From IMG/VR virus record IMGVR_UViG_3300015195_000004, positions 1,050 to 65,049 of that record: DNA of 64,000 bases; one strand, 5' to 3'. The position numbers and the translations under genes were made by a program. The notes beneath the pieces were generated by a model. That model did not search any database and was not told the DNA's origin. It worked only from the letters and a program-made list of their open reading frames with translations. Of this stretch, positions 48,467 through 60,190 are shown piece after piece (the stretch's first letter is position 1; the number at the start of each line of letters is the position of its first letter). The stretch comes from a virus.

Positions 48467-50934
48467 CTTCTTTATATCCTTTAGTACAAGGACAATCTTT
48501 TTCTCTACACTGTTTTACTGCATGTTGCCATCTTACATGTGGGCATTCTTTACATAGATCATAATGCCGGATGTTGGATTCCACCATGTCCTCAAAAAGT
48601 TCTACTTCATTTCCTTCTAAGAAAATATCTACTGGATAATTAGAGCTTTCTTTGAATTGAAAGAAGTAACAATGCTCTTTCGTTTCTCTTACTGTTTTAT
48701 AAAATCCGTGGCATCCCCACATTGTTTCATATTCAGTAGACTTGGTGGCATATACAGGCACGGCATCTACTTTAGCTTGAGCTTCTTGCCAGGTTGAAGC
48801 CAACACCCCTACATAAGTTACAGGTCCACCACCCATCGGGTCTCCCAGCCTAACTACTCCCCAAAAACGGCCTTCACATATCTTTTTAATCTCTTCTAGT
48901 AATGCGGCCCTATTATCTATCCCGGCATTCTTCTCTACTTCGAGAATCTGATTAATAGATAAGTAAGAGTCATCCTTCTTGTATCTATAAAGAAGAGGGG
49001 TATCTATGGGGTTTATAGCAGAGATGTACATTAATCGTGGCAATAACAATCTGAATCAGTACAACCATTATCATCTGATTCTGAATTGTCCCCAAAGATT
49101 TCATCTGGGTCCAGTTCTTCTAGTTTATCAATTAGAACTTGAACTTCGTCTTCTACATTATTCCAGAAACTATATCCTTGAGGGGTCAGTGACCAGCTAA
49201 TGCCAGATATTAGGAGGTCTTGCAACTTCCGTATATCCTGTACGGTGTGACCATCAAGCAAGAAGGTCTCCTCTTCGTCTTCAGTACATTCTGTATATTC
49301 ATCAATAACTGCCAATGCCGATTTGGGGTAGGAAGTGCCATAAGCCGCTTCAATAGCGTACTTAAGAGTCTCTGCCTGTTCTTTAGTTAATTGTTGCATT
49401 TCTTTTCTATCCTTTTCTTAAGTTTTTCTTTATGTAAGGTTAGTGCCCGTCGCAAAGACGAGCACCGTTCTTGTATCTTACTAGGTTTTGTAGTTCTTGT
49501 CAAGTCCTAGTATATTAATATTTGGGTATGTAGTTATGATGCCCGGCATCTCAGCATGGAGAATCCTACAAACAACTTCTGTTACTTCCTCAGGTTTACA
49601 TTTGATCTTAACTACATTATTCTTAGTATAGAAGTCTAGTGATATAGTAATTACTCCATCATAGTGCCAGTCTTTTACTGGCCCAGAGGTAATGTAGTCT
49701 TCCTGAAGACGAATTCTATACAAATCCTTGCCAAGGAAATTATCCTCTTCCTGTTTAACATATAGTTCAATACACTCAAAAGCCCCTACCTTCTTAATTC
49801 CTAGAAACCCTAAGGTATAAGAATAGTTAAAAAAGTTAGCTGGCTTTGTAGTGTTCGGATAGTCTCCGTCTGGATGATTGGCCCTAAGGTACTCAAGAGT
49901 TATTTCCTTAGGTACTAAGGTTGTTTCTTGATTTGACATTTTATTTTCCTTTAGTTTATTATTTAAGCTTTATGCCTTCTTATATTATATACTATTTAAT
50001 GCTGCCTGTCAATACTATGGTGCCGGATTTTGGTATAGCTTATTCAAAAGATTCAAAATGAGATAGGTTATGTATAACTATAGCCCGGCGAGGAGGGATT
50101 ATATCATTCTCTACCTCTTCCCAGGATTCACCTGCATCTACTGTATCCACAATGAGCATAACAGGTTCATCATTAATTAGTGCCGGGTAGAAAACTTCCG
50201 CATTTAGGTTCTCAGTAGCTAGAAGGCCTATTAACTGTTTTACAGTCATTAACTATAACTCCCTGCTGTTTTCTAATTCATATACTTTTGGATAGTGTCG
50301 TTTTAAGGTTTCGGCCTTTTGATGAGGTAGGCATCCATACCCACAACCACAATCTCTATTCCTCAGACTTTCGGCAAAGTCCCAGGCTTTCCAGAGGGCC
50401 ACAGAAGTTGAATCATTACACATGCTTGTAATCCGGCCATCATATAGCCCCATTATCTCATATATGTGTTTAATGCCGTTTTCGTCATACTTAAATTCAA
50501 CTTTGGACATATATTAATAACACCCAAGCTTCCACAGGATTTGGCACAATGGCCCCACTACCTTGGCGGCAGTATTTAAGTATAACTTATGATACCACTC
50601 TACCTTATTACACATAGGGGTAATAATATACTTAAATTCCAGCATTAGTATATTAACAGGCAGAAACTTATAGTACTTAAATAAGGTCCAAGGAAATAAT
50701 CCTACAATAAGGATTAGGAGGAATAAACTATATCCTAATAACATATTAATCTAGGATAACCCATTCAGGATTAGAATTAACTACAGTGACCCCACGGGTA
50801 GTGGTAATGTCTGGGGTAGACCGTTTATCATCATAAAGGAAGACTTTAGTCTCAGGCGGCAAATTAAGCCCCTGAAGAGTTGTAATAAGGTCTCCTATAG
50901 AAAAGGTAGCTTGTTCGGTTGTCGGCTTATACAT
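48459..50934 (-). CDS. cluster of hypothetical proteins (48459-49049, 49031-49399, 49481-49939, 50040-50249, 50253-50510, 50514-50744, 50746-50934)
   Basis: ORF track; promoters at 49984-50012 and 50941-50969. Confidence 0.6.
49443..49465. other. intergenic 9-bp hairpin GTGCTCGTC-TTTGC-GACGGGCAC
   Basis: Inverted repeat; no adjacent U-tract. Confidence 0.45.
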
Positions 50935-50955
50935 AAATTAACTATACAACACTTT

Positions 50956-51260
50956 CTATATAATGTCAAGCCTATATGACGGATATGGTGGAGGATTTCT
51001 GCTATATGATAATGTGCCTTTTCTATATGGAGAGCTATATGGTTTTAATTGAAGAAAGGCTATTGGTAGAGTCCATATTTGCTTGACATATTAATACCTT
51101 AAACTAGCCAAAATGGGGCAATTCATACTCTCATATAAAATATCATTAAATTAGGCACATTTCTTAGTTTAATCTGTTCTTTTCACTTGCTTACCTTACT
51201 ACGAACATAAGTATGTATGATTAATACATAGAATAGCATAAGAAGTGTCGTGTTTTTGCA
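50956..51260. repeat. CTATATG direct repeats next to an AT-rich non-coding stretch (candidate origin)
   Basis: Exact copies at 50972, 51002, 51023, 51035; variants at 50956 and 50982. Confidence 0.45.
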
Positions 51261-51271
51261 GATTTTGGTAG

Positions 51272-51469
51272 TTAATTGTTGATTAAAAAATTTCCGTGAT
51301 AGTCAAAATTGAATGTATAAAGCTTCAAAGGTTCCTTGCCCACACATACCCCAGGCACCCCATTACCAATCATGATTAATGATGGAACCTCTACATACTC
51401 AATATTTCTTTTATTTAGTTCCTGTATAAGGAGGTACTTGTGTGATAACTTAGTTGGCATATTAATCAT
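51272..51469 (-). CDS. hypothetical protein
   Basis: ORF track. Confidence 0.5.
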   Translation of the reverse strand: MINMPTKLSHKYLLIQELNKRNIEYVEVPSLIMIGNGVPGVCVGKEPLKLYTFNFDYHGNFLINN

Positions 51470-51477
51470 ATCTTTCT

Positions 51478-51792
51478 TTAGTATTTTAATCCTAAGTCTG
51501 CAATTACAATGCCGGTTTCTTCGGCAGTTAAATTAGGGTAAGCGTATCCTAAAGCCGGTCCTAGTCTCTTAAAATCGTAGAACTGCTTAATAGCAGCTAG
51601 GGCATCAAGATTGTCCCATGTGAACATAACCTGGGGACCATAAGGCTCCGCACCACCTTCACCAATAGTCCCCTGACAGCTTGCCAGAGTCCTAATTCCA
51701 GGTATAGTGTTCATGTGAATAACCATAGGGGCTATCCCCTCATCAATATCCACAACTACTTTAACCGGGAGGGTTTTATGAGGTTCAGCCAT
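51478..51792 (-). CDS. TYW3/Taw3-like small protein
   Basis: DIDEGIAPMVIHMNTIPGIRTLASCQG resembles the TYW3 D..I..L...IN......T.SSC.G motif. Confidence 0.55.
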   Translation of the reverse strand: MAEPHKTLPVKVVVDIDEGIAPMVIHMNTIPGIRTLASCQGTIGEGGAEPYGPQVMFTWDNLDALAAIKQFYDFKRLGPALGYAYPNLTAEETGIVIADLGLKY

Positions 51793-53373
51793 TAGGTATA
51801 TTCTCCATTAGCTTGTGCTTCTTCTGTTAGTGTATCTAGTATTAACTCTCCAAGATGCTGGTTTAGTTTAACTAATGCAGAATCCAAAGGCTTACCCTCT
51901 TTATATAGAAAGTTAAAGCCGGGCAGTTTATTCAATAAACTAACTAAAGATTGGCACTCTTCTCTTGTTAAATTAAGCATACTACTATTATACCTCTTAT
52001 ATCTTTATATGTCAAGCTGCAGTTTATATAGAAAGGGCCAGAGATTGCCTCCAGCCCCGGTTCCCTATAGAATTGCCTGTGGTCCTTCCCTAGTAACCGG
52101 AGGATGCCATCGTGCCCATGCCTTCCTATAGGCTTCAGCTTCCTCACTAGTACTTCCATTAGGCTCAAAGAACTGGACTGATTCGGGCGTAGGTGCTTCG
52201 GGAGCAGCCTGCTTAGACATCCCTGGTCCTGGCTTTACCCAAGTGGGGACGGCAGTCTCATTGTTTAAAATAGAGTAGTTACTTTATTAGGATCATTAAA
52301 TGTTTTTTCTAGTGAAGATAATCTAGTATATTCTATATCGTCGGCATCATATACGAGGTCCCTAAGGGGTTGTGCTAGTTCTGCAGGTAATGATTTAATA
52401 CTTAATGGTACAAGTTCCTGTATAGTTAGTGCCCGGAACCTTAATTTCGTTCGGCATCGGCCTGACATTTCATACTCAGGGGTAAATTGAATATTTAATT
52501 CATACTTCCCCGAATCCGCCTGAGCGATAATCATAGATGTAGCGATGTGTAGGTCTACAACCTTGTAATAGGTAGTCTTCTGTAAAATGGGTCTCATATT
52601 CTTCTTCTTTCATAGGTAGAGATTTTGAGACTGAGGCATTACATACCCAAGCTCAGTCTCTACTATAACACAAAGAATACTACTTGTCAACTAAAATCAG
52701 AGTGCCCGCTATGATAAGGTCTCCAGGTTTGTGGCCCTAATGTGCGGCAAAGTATCATTAGTACCCTACCATTTACCTGTCCCCATTGGGCTAGGAATTC
52801 AACATCCGGGGCACTAAATACATAAGTTCTAAGATTCTTATCAATAATACATTGTAATAAGGTACGGACTAGACCTGGGAATGCTTTTAAAGCAGTAAGG
52901 TATAGTTTATTCATTATTTAAACTAAGGCCTTTAATATTTAACTTACTAGAGAATAGGAGGCAGGATTTATGATAAGACCTAGCTCCCCATTGCAAAAGT
53001 GGCACGTTATATCCACCTGCTTTAAGGGTTTAGATTTAAATACTTTAGGCGGATTATAATACTCTACCCCGTTTAATATAATCCTAGCATCTTGTGTATT
53101 AGGATTAATGTCCCCATATAATATCCCTGGGTGGAGGTTCCCTGTGGGGGTTAAATCATCTGCGTACATACCCTACCAACTAAGCCCCACAAGAACCTTT
53201 AAGGTAAAGACAGTAAAGGCGGTAAGTACTACACCTGATATAAGTTTATGACAAGCACATTGTCCTAATATTAAACCTAAGAAACTGCCCAGATATGCAG
53301 CTACATAGATAGCTATGCCCAAAAGGCCTAGAATTACTCCATGAACTGTATGAGGATTAAATAAGTTATTCAT
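51792..53373 (-). CDS. cluster of small hypothetical proteins (51792-51980, 52265-52597, 52687-52914, 52939-53169, 53173-53373)
   Basis: ORF track; promoters at 51987-52015, 52662-52690 and 53380-53408. Confidence 0.6.
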
Positions 53374-53434
53374 AGTCCTATTCTATCATATTCCTACTAA
53401 CCTGTCAATATGTACAAAACTAATAAGAACTATG

Positions 53435-54092
53435 CCCCACCCCTCCCTACTTATATACAAATTAAGCACTTCTTTTCTCAGTAGGAGCAGCAACATAGCC
53501 CGGCATATGTATTAGCCTAGCTTCGTGAACCGCCTTGGCGGCATCCTCTAGATTCTGAAAATTACCTAAATTGATTTTCTTCCTAGCCTTCCTACCACCT
53601 ATCCATATATTGGTCCTCCAGTAACCTTCCTGGCCCGGTCGCCGAGGCTTTGACCACCAGACTCCACTTACCCCCGAAGTGTTTGTAGGATGAAGGAACC
53701 TATAGTTTTGCCCGTTCTCAGTCCTAGTTACGGTTCGTAGGTTAACCCGTCTATTATCTAGAGTGTTGCCGTTTATATGATCCACTTCTAGCCCTATGCA
53801 CTTATCACCCATAATTACTCTATGTAAAGATTCTTTAGGATAACATTTAAATACATAGCTGGTATGCTGGTTTTGGGTATATAAATACCAATTATATTTA
53901 TCTAATAAGTATTCATCCTCTGGATCAATAAGTACCCCTAGGGTGATTAATTCGTGTTTAGTCATTATGAATACTATATCAAGTTAGCAGACAAGAGTCA
54001 AATAAAACGAGAGCTTAGTGGGCAGTTGGTGTGTCCCGTTTCGAGAATCAATTTTGATTTGATCTCGCAACTACCCCCAGGGAGGGGGGGGG
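53435..54092. repeat. 14-bp imperfect inverted repeat (53435-53448 and 54079-54092) flanking the HNH-AP2 gene
   Basis: Reverse complement of CCCCACCCCTCCCT matches AGGGAGGGGGGGGG at 13 of 14 positions. Confidence 0.6.
53462..53965 (-). CDS. HNH-AP2 homing endonuclease
   Basis: LHRVIMG, EVDHINGNTLDNRRVNLR, NTSGVSGV.W, LGNFQNLEDAAKA; own leaderless promoter at 53973-54001. Confidence 0.9.
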   Translation of the reverse strand: MTKHELITLGVLIDPEDEYLLDKYNWYLYTQNQHTSYVFKCYPKESLHRVIMGDKCIGLEVDHINGNTLDNRRVNLRTVTRTENGQNYRFLHPTNTSGVSGVWWSKPRRPGQEGYWRTNIWIGGRKARKKINLGNFQNLEDAAKAVHEARLIHMPGYVAAPTEKRSA

Positions 54093-54186
54093 GTACCCCT
54101 CTAGCGGTCTAAGGTTCCTGCTCCTGCTTCATACGGATGAAGGTCGAAAGACCAGAACCACCGGTATATACTTGCTGCTATTTTAC

Positions 54187-57100
54187 TCATAATGCCGCCT
54201 TTATTGCCTCACGTACTTCCCGCAATAGATTAGCCATCGGGAGGGAAGAGACGTAGTAGTGGTTAGGATGCTCTAGGAGGTTGATTAGGTCCTGTGAGAG
54301 TCTCATGGTAGTTCCTTGCCTTGTAGGGCAGTTCTCTAGAAGGGGAGTGCTGCTACTGCCGTCTGTGCGGCGTGCGCTAGGAAGAGGACTGCTATGACTG
54401 CGGAGGCTATGAGGGCGGCGGTTACTGCTTGGAACATATCGTCTCTCCTTAGTTCTGAGTGAGTCTTTCTGTATCTCTATACTACCATATGGAGGGTACG
54501 ATGTCAACAATAGAGTATGTGTATACTCTTATCTTTACGTTCCATACAATCGGGAATCGTTTATGTTATTCTGTTTAATGCTTACTTGTACAGTGTAGTA
54601 AGGACAGTAGTCTCATGCGTGTGAGTGCTTGCATGCAGGAAAGTGTAGTTAATTACCGAGAAGAATCTGCTAAGAAGAGAATGGTTATAAGAATAATATA
54701 TCTTTCTTCTACCTAACAAAAAAGAAAGGGCCTATTTCCCTTCCTCTTGAAATTCAGGCCAATCACCATACCGTATATCCTGTAGGTCCTCTCTTCCCTT
54801 TTGACATTCCTTACCTATAGGTTGTATCACGCTGCCAATATAAATGCCCTTGGAGGCTCTCTTCATCCTCTTATCACATATAATGCAGGTTAGGTAGTTA
54901 ATCATAGTAGTATTATCTCATAATGCCGACAACTTGTCAATACACTTGACAGGAAGATAAAAGTATGCTGAGAAGAATACGTCTATTCATTAGAATGATA
55001 TATCATTCACGGGATATAAAGAATCCTCTAGGAGGCTGTTTAGTTCATTCCTATAAGATAGGACAAGGGAAGGGAGATCGGAGGCTTGTAAGCCCCCTGT
55101 GTTTCAACAATTTTGAGGGGGAGAGTGAATCCGTATTCCTTTTGAGCTTTCTTGCCGGAGAACTTCTTAACCGCCTTCTGTGCCGATTCTAGCGTCTTAT
55201 GGCGGGAGTTTATATATTGGCCGTCTGCTGCTACGATATAGTAGGGGTATTCATTTTTTAGTCCTAAGCTACTCATGGTTATTTCTCCCTTAAACACATA
55301 ATACTCTCATCTGCATAAGATGTCAAGAGGGAAAATAAAAAGGCACCTTGTTAGATGCCTAGTAAGAAGGGGGAGGGAAGAGGGACTAAGATAGGGAGTT
55401 ATATACAGTGCAAGCTTCATCCATTGCCGCGCGGGCAAGGACTACAGAAGCCTTTGCATTAACTATCTCATTATATAGAGATTCTACTTTTAAGACTCTT
55501 TCAGGATGCATCTTTGTCTTTACATATATAAGATGCGGGGTTTTATAGATAGTATTGTAAGCTTCATAGTAAGAAGGGGAAAGATTAAAGACTACTTCAT
55601 TAGCTATACTTAATGCCGCGTTCGCGGTGTTGTACGCCTCCAAAGCTTCCTTCTTAGTCATTAGACGCCTTTCTTTGGGCAATGAAGGCTAAGTATGCGG
55701 CCGCTTTGGCGGGATTATGTACGTTCTTGAGGACTCTTGCGGCGTTGTGAGCTTCTAGGGCTTTTCATACTTTGTCATTTCATTTCTCCTTTTGTATATT
55801 ATCGTCTAATTAATGCCCGAAAACAAGGTAGTTTATATAATCTTTACATTCCTGGGGACCAAGGAGAAAAACCGTCAATATACGTTGTGTTGGTATCGTC
55901 ATAGGTTATTGCAGAAACTAGAGGAAAGTTCAAGTCTGAGTCCTTTTCGTGCGGAGGAGTAGAAGGCTGGTCCTCAATTAATACCGCAAGCCTGTTACTT
56001 GCTTCTAAGGCTTCTTTACTTCCCGATACAGTATTCCCCATTACATCTAAAGTAGAGATTAATCGAATGGTTTTTGATACAAGCATGTGTATTCTCCTTA
56101 CTGCTATAATAACATAAGAGTATAGTTTAATCAAGTATGAAATGCCGGTTTTATGTAAAGATTAGGACCTTAAAATCGCCTACTAATCTTGGTTACGGGA
56201 CGGTTACGGTGTCTAAACCGCGTATTTTATTGTACAATGCCTCACATTGTTGCTGGAATGGACTAGTTGGTGTATCGGCGCGCGCCCTAGCGCGAACAGT
56301 ATAGTGGCTAGTTGTTGGCTATTAAGCTTCATATCGTCTCTCCTTGTCCGTTGCATCCGTTGTTTTCGTTTACAGCCTTCAAGTAGGCCACACAGGCGGC
56401 ACATGGTATGCCTGTTTCCTTTAGTTGCTTATCGCAGGCGTCCGTTTCTTCTTGCCTAACACGCATTGTCAGTTCTCCTTCTACTTCGCGTTGCGGGCTA
56501 GGAGTTCCAGCCCTGCGAGCGCGTTCTCGGCGATGAACTTGGACTTCGTTGTTGCCAGGTGGTTGAGTGAGGGTGAGAGTTTCATGTCGATTCTCCTTCT
56601 GTGCTTTGGTTATACTCTAGTGATCGGCAGTTCACATCCCCACTTTAGCCCTTCTGTGTATCAGTACTGTAAAGGTTACGACTTGCCCCACAAATGCCCC
56701 AGGAGACCGCCTTTCGCCCCCTTACCATCACCCATCCTATCGACCCAAAGCGTCTCCTGTGCCCTCCTGTGAGTAAGCAAGCGTCTACTATCTTGAGCAC
56801 ACATGCATAGTAAGGCGAGCATGCCATTTGCTAGTTTTCCCGAAGGTCGTTGAGAAGCGATAGTGACAGCAAGAATCCCATCGCGTCTTTTCGTGGTTCA
56901 ATGCCGGTGATGATGACTTCTTCGCCCGGATCATTTTGCCCGTTTGCGTCTATGAAAACTTCTAGGTTGCTTGGATATTGGGACAGGGCGTGAACTAAGT
57001 CTTTAATTTTCATCTCACACCGCCAATGCGGATTGGTAGGCTTCGTAATCAGCAGGGCTATCAAGCTTATGCTTGCAAAAGTCTTTAAGTACTTCGTCCT

Positions 57101-60100
57101 GCGTCATGTTAATTACCTTTCAAGATTTCATGTAGATTAAGGAAGAAAATCGCCATTCCTTCAGTATGTATTACGTAATGTGAGGGATTTTGTATTAGTT
57201 CCAGAATGTCGGCTGAAAGTATCATTTGATGCCCGCGATCGTAATTTCCATATAAAGGTACTCTCTAGTAGGCCATGAGACCTTGCAGGAGTGGAGGATG
57301 TAGTCCTTCCAAGATTTAGATTGTCCTGAGAACCAGTATAAGCTTCTTGAGACTTCCATTTGAATTTCTCCCTTTTCTAGATTATACTCTTATTAAGTAC
57401 AAAATGCAAGCTTTTAAGTAGGGGTATTTGCTTCCTTTACATACTCTTCAAGGAGCCTCGCTTCGCAGGTATTACGATTACAATACGCAGAAATTGTTTG
57501 AGTATTGAAGAAAACTTCCCATACTCCACCCCTCGAACGCATTCCCCAACCACCTTTTACCATGTATTGAAGCTTGGCCGATCTAGAATACTTGCATGTT
57601 ACATAATGCCCGTTTTCTTGATTAATCGGTACTTCACAGTAAACGCATATCCCTTTTTCAAGGTTTTCAGTTTCGCGTTCCTTGTATAGTTCGGTTGGGG
57701 TTTTCATATTCTGTACTCCTCTTTTATATATAATAGCAGAGTATACTTATATCGTCAAGTAGTTAATTGTAAAGAAATTGCCGGAAAAAGAGAAAAGCCT
57801 CTACCGGAACCCCGCTATAACCCAGGGTAAGGGGAGGCTATTAGTTTTGGTACGGTAAACTTTATTGCTTTTATCCTCAAATTAGCAGGAGTTTACTTCC
57901 AGGGGTTAAAATTAGTGCCCTTTTTAAGTACCATCTAGGGCTAAGATGTAAGGAGTCTTTCATCCTCGGTGTATCTATACTATACTACCTTTTTAGTTTA
58001 TTGTCAAGTGTTATTTTAGGGGTTTACGATGTCGTTACGATAGAGAAGAATAAATCCTAGAAATTTCCAATCGGTCCTAAGGACAGGCTTGGCATAGCCT
58101 AAAATGTCGCGCGGTTGGAAAACATACGTTTTCTTAGTGATCATATCAATTCTTCCTTTTCTCCGCATTTATAGCAGAATATATTTTCATAAGATGTTCT
58201 ACAGGAAGGGTGCCGTTTTTAATCATCGGCAGTAGGCGTTGAAATTCTTCGCATGCAGTCATTTTTTGACCTTTTAGTGCCTATGAGACTTTTGCGGGAG
58301 CGGAATACTGATCGGACCTACTCCGGTTTTAGGATTCGCCTTGAAAAACAGTGTAGCGGAAAACTGAGACAATGCGGCCTGAGCATAGGGTACAGGCTCT
58401 TTGCCATTGTACAAATCGTGGTATAGTGGAGGAGTTACCGTTTCATAAAATGCGTTGCCGTTCGTCACTCCATACTCATACCTTGTGTAGCCAATAGTTG
58501 GTTTTGTAGTTAATACTTCTAGAGTGTCTGAAAGTTTCATGTTCTACTCCTTTAATATATAATAACACATAAGAGTATAGAAGTCAAGATCGTTATGTAA
58601 AGAAAAAAGAGAACCGGAGTCCTCTAGTTTCATTCCTTTTTAGTGAACGATACAGAATGGGGAGGGATGTCCTGGTTGGCAAGGGAAGCTTAGGGTTGTG
58701 TGATTTGCCGGAATGGTTCCGGCACTAGGACTACATGCCGATACGGCAAGAAGGGTAAGGATTGTGATTAGTTTATTCATATTTGTACTATACTATATAT
58801 TTTTGCCTTTTTGCAATAGTCAAGAAGGGTCTTGCTTGCTTTAGCCAGGGATTTGAGCAGCAGCGTAAGCTTCCGGGTTAGTTATTTCTTTTTAATGTAT
58901 TTCCAGGAAGATCGGCAGCAGTCTTTGCAATTCTTCGCAGGCAGTCATTATAAATACCTACTTGTCGAAGTGCTTCCGAACCCACTAAAGAGTTTAGCGG
59001 AGAAGCGAGATTTTCCGGCACGGCCTACAAACGACCCTCTATTTCCTCTTAATTCATGGTAAAGATTTACCGCCCTTTCCTCTTGTCCTACTGTGCCGGA
59101 ATTGTGAGGAATGATTAAGTAGTCATTAGGATTATGAGTAGCTAGGATTCTAATTGAAGTTGAAACTTTCATGTCTGTTTCTCCTTAAGTGTTTAGTGCT
59201 TTAATACATAATAACACATGAGAGTATAGGATGTCAAGTGATTAACCCTGTTCTCACAGCAATCATTACAGCATGGGTGCGATTATCAGCACCTAGTTTT
59301 TGAAACATATCGCATAAATGGTTCTTTACCGTTTTTTCGGAAATTCCTAGCATTTTGCCGATTTCGGGATTAGTTCTTCCTTCTGCGAGAATGTCAAGAA
59401 TTTGTGTTTGTCTTTCCGATAAAGCATTAAGGTCTTTAGGTACAAACCTTTTTGCTCTAGCAGTAACAATTTCTGTATAATTCATCAGAATGGTCCCGTA
59501 TAGTGAAGGGCATCAACTGCTAAGAACATTGCTTCCGTCTCGTCAAAAGCTTCTTGTAATTGATCTTCGGTAGAAACTTGTGGCAAAAATCCTAAAAGAT
59601 AGCGTTTATATTCAGGGTTGCCTAAAGATTGGTGGTTGGAGTACATTTTAGAACGCATTCTCATTAAGATATTCGTTTTCCTCGTCTGTGAGGTCTTTAT
59701 AGATTAGGTATCCGTCATTTGATATTACAGTATATCCGGCTTCAAATAATTTGGTTTCCATTTCGGTAGCAATTTCGTATATATTGCCGTTTTCGTCTGG
59801 TTCTGAATACTCCTCAATGCCTTCTGGTACTTCTTGCTCCAGCAACCCGCAGGCATCAAGGATTAAGCAATTTGATAAAAACCTTCCTCTAGAACCATCC
59901 CGCGCGATTATACATTTTGAATCTATAGAAAATTGTAGTCTGTCCTCTTTCTCCTCATCTGTTTCATCTAAAATTTCATTGCAAGTTGTTTCAGATAGAT
60001 TCCCATGATCGGATAGTATATATGCAGAAGGAAAGAAATTCGGTCCTATTGCGTCTAAAACGTCCTTCTTATTGTCATAAAATTTCCCGTTATAGTTCCA

Positions 60101-60190
60101 GCCGGTTTTCGATCCTAGGAGACCATATGATACTTCTACTACTGATTCGTAAAGTTCATCTTGTGAGGGATTCTCATTATCTTCGGACAT
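54187..60190 (-). CDS. block of more than 20 small minus-strand early genes (examples: 54187-54306, 55040-55276, 55386-55661, 55844-56086, 57414-57707, 58274-58540, 58640-58780, 58948-59172, 59648-60190)
   Basis: ORF track plus manual translation; mostly with AGGAG SD and dedicated promoters. Confidence 0.6.
55341..55360 (-). terminator. Rho-independent terminator
   Basis: AGGCA...TGCCT stem followed by TTTTATTTT on the minus strand. Confidence 0.55.
59234..59485 (-). CDS. stand-alone LuxR/NarL-type HTH regulator
   Basis: LSERQTQIL..LAEGRTNPEIGKMLGISEKTVKNHL..MFQKLG..NRTHAV. Confidence 0.9.
   Translation of the reverse strand: MNYTEIVTARAKRFVPKDLNALSERQTQILDILAEGRTNPEIGKMLGISEKTVKNHLCDMFQKLGADNRTHAVMIAVRTGLIT

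Noticed and set aside
52070-52270. Possible -1 continuation of ORF 52265-52597 (NNETAVPTWVK...)
   Set aside because: No cognate slippage at TTT TAA, and an internal ATG (MSKQAAP...) can explain the frame
54066-54093. GCAACTACCCCC hairpin resembling an IS200/IS605 or HEARO end
   Set aside because: No TnpA, TnpB or IscB nearby; the adjacent nuclease is HNH-AP2
55369-55396. Four G-tracts that could form a G-quadruplex
   Set aside because: Single instance with a long last loop, partly explained by coding sequence
56193-56332. Possible -1 shift giving LATILFAL/RARADTPTSPFQQQCEALYNKIR
   Set aside because: No slippery motif or coupling overlap; support is only that the frame looks more protein-like
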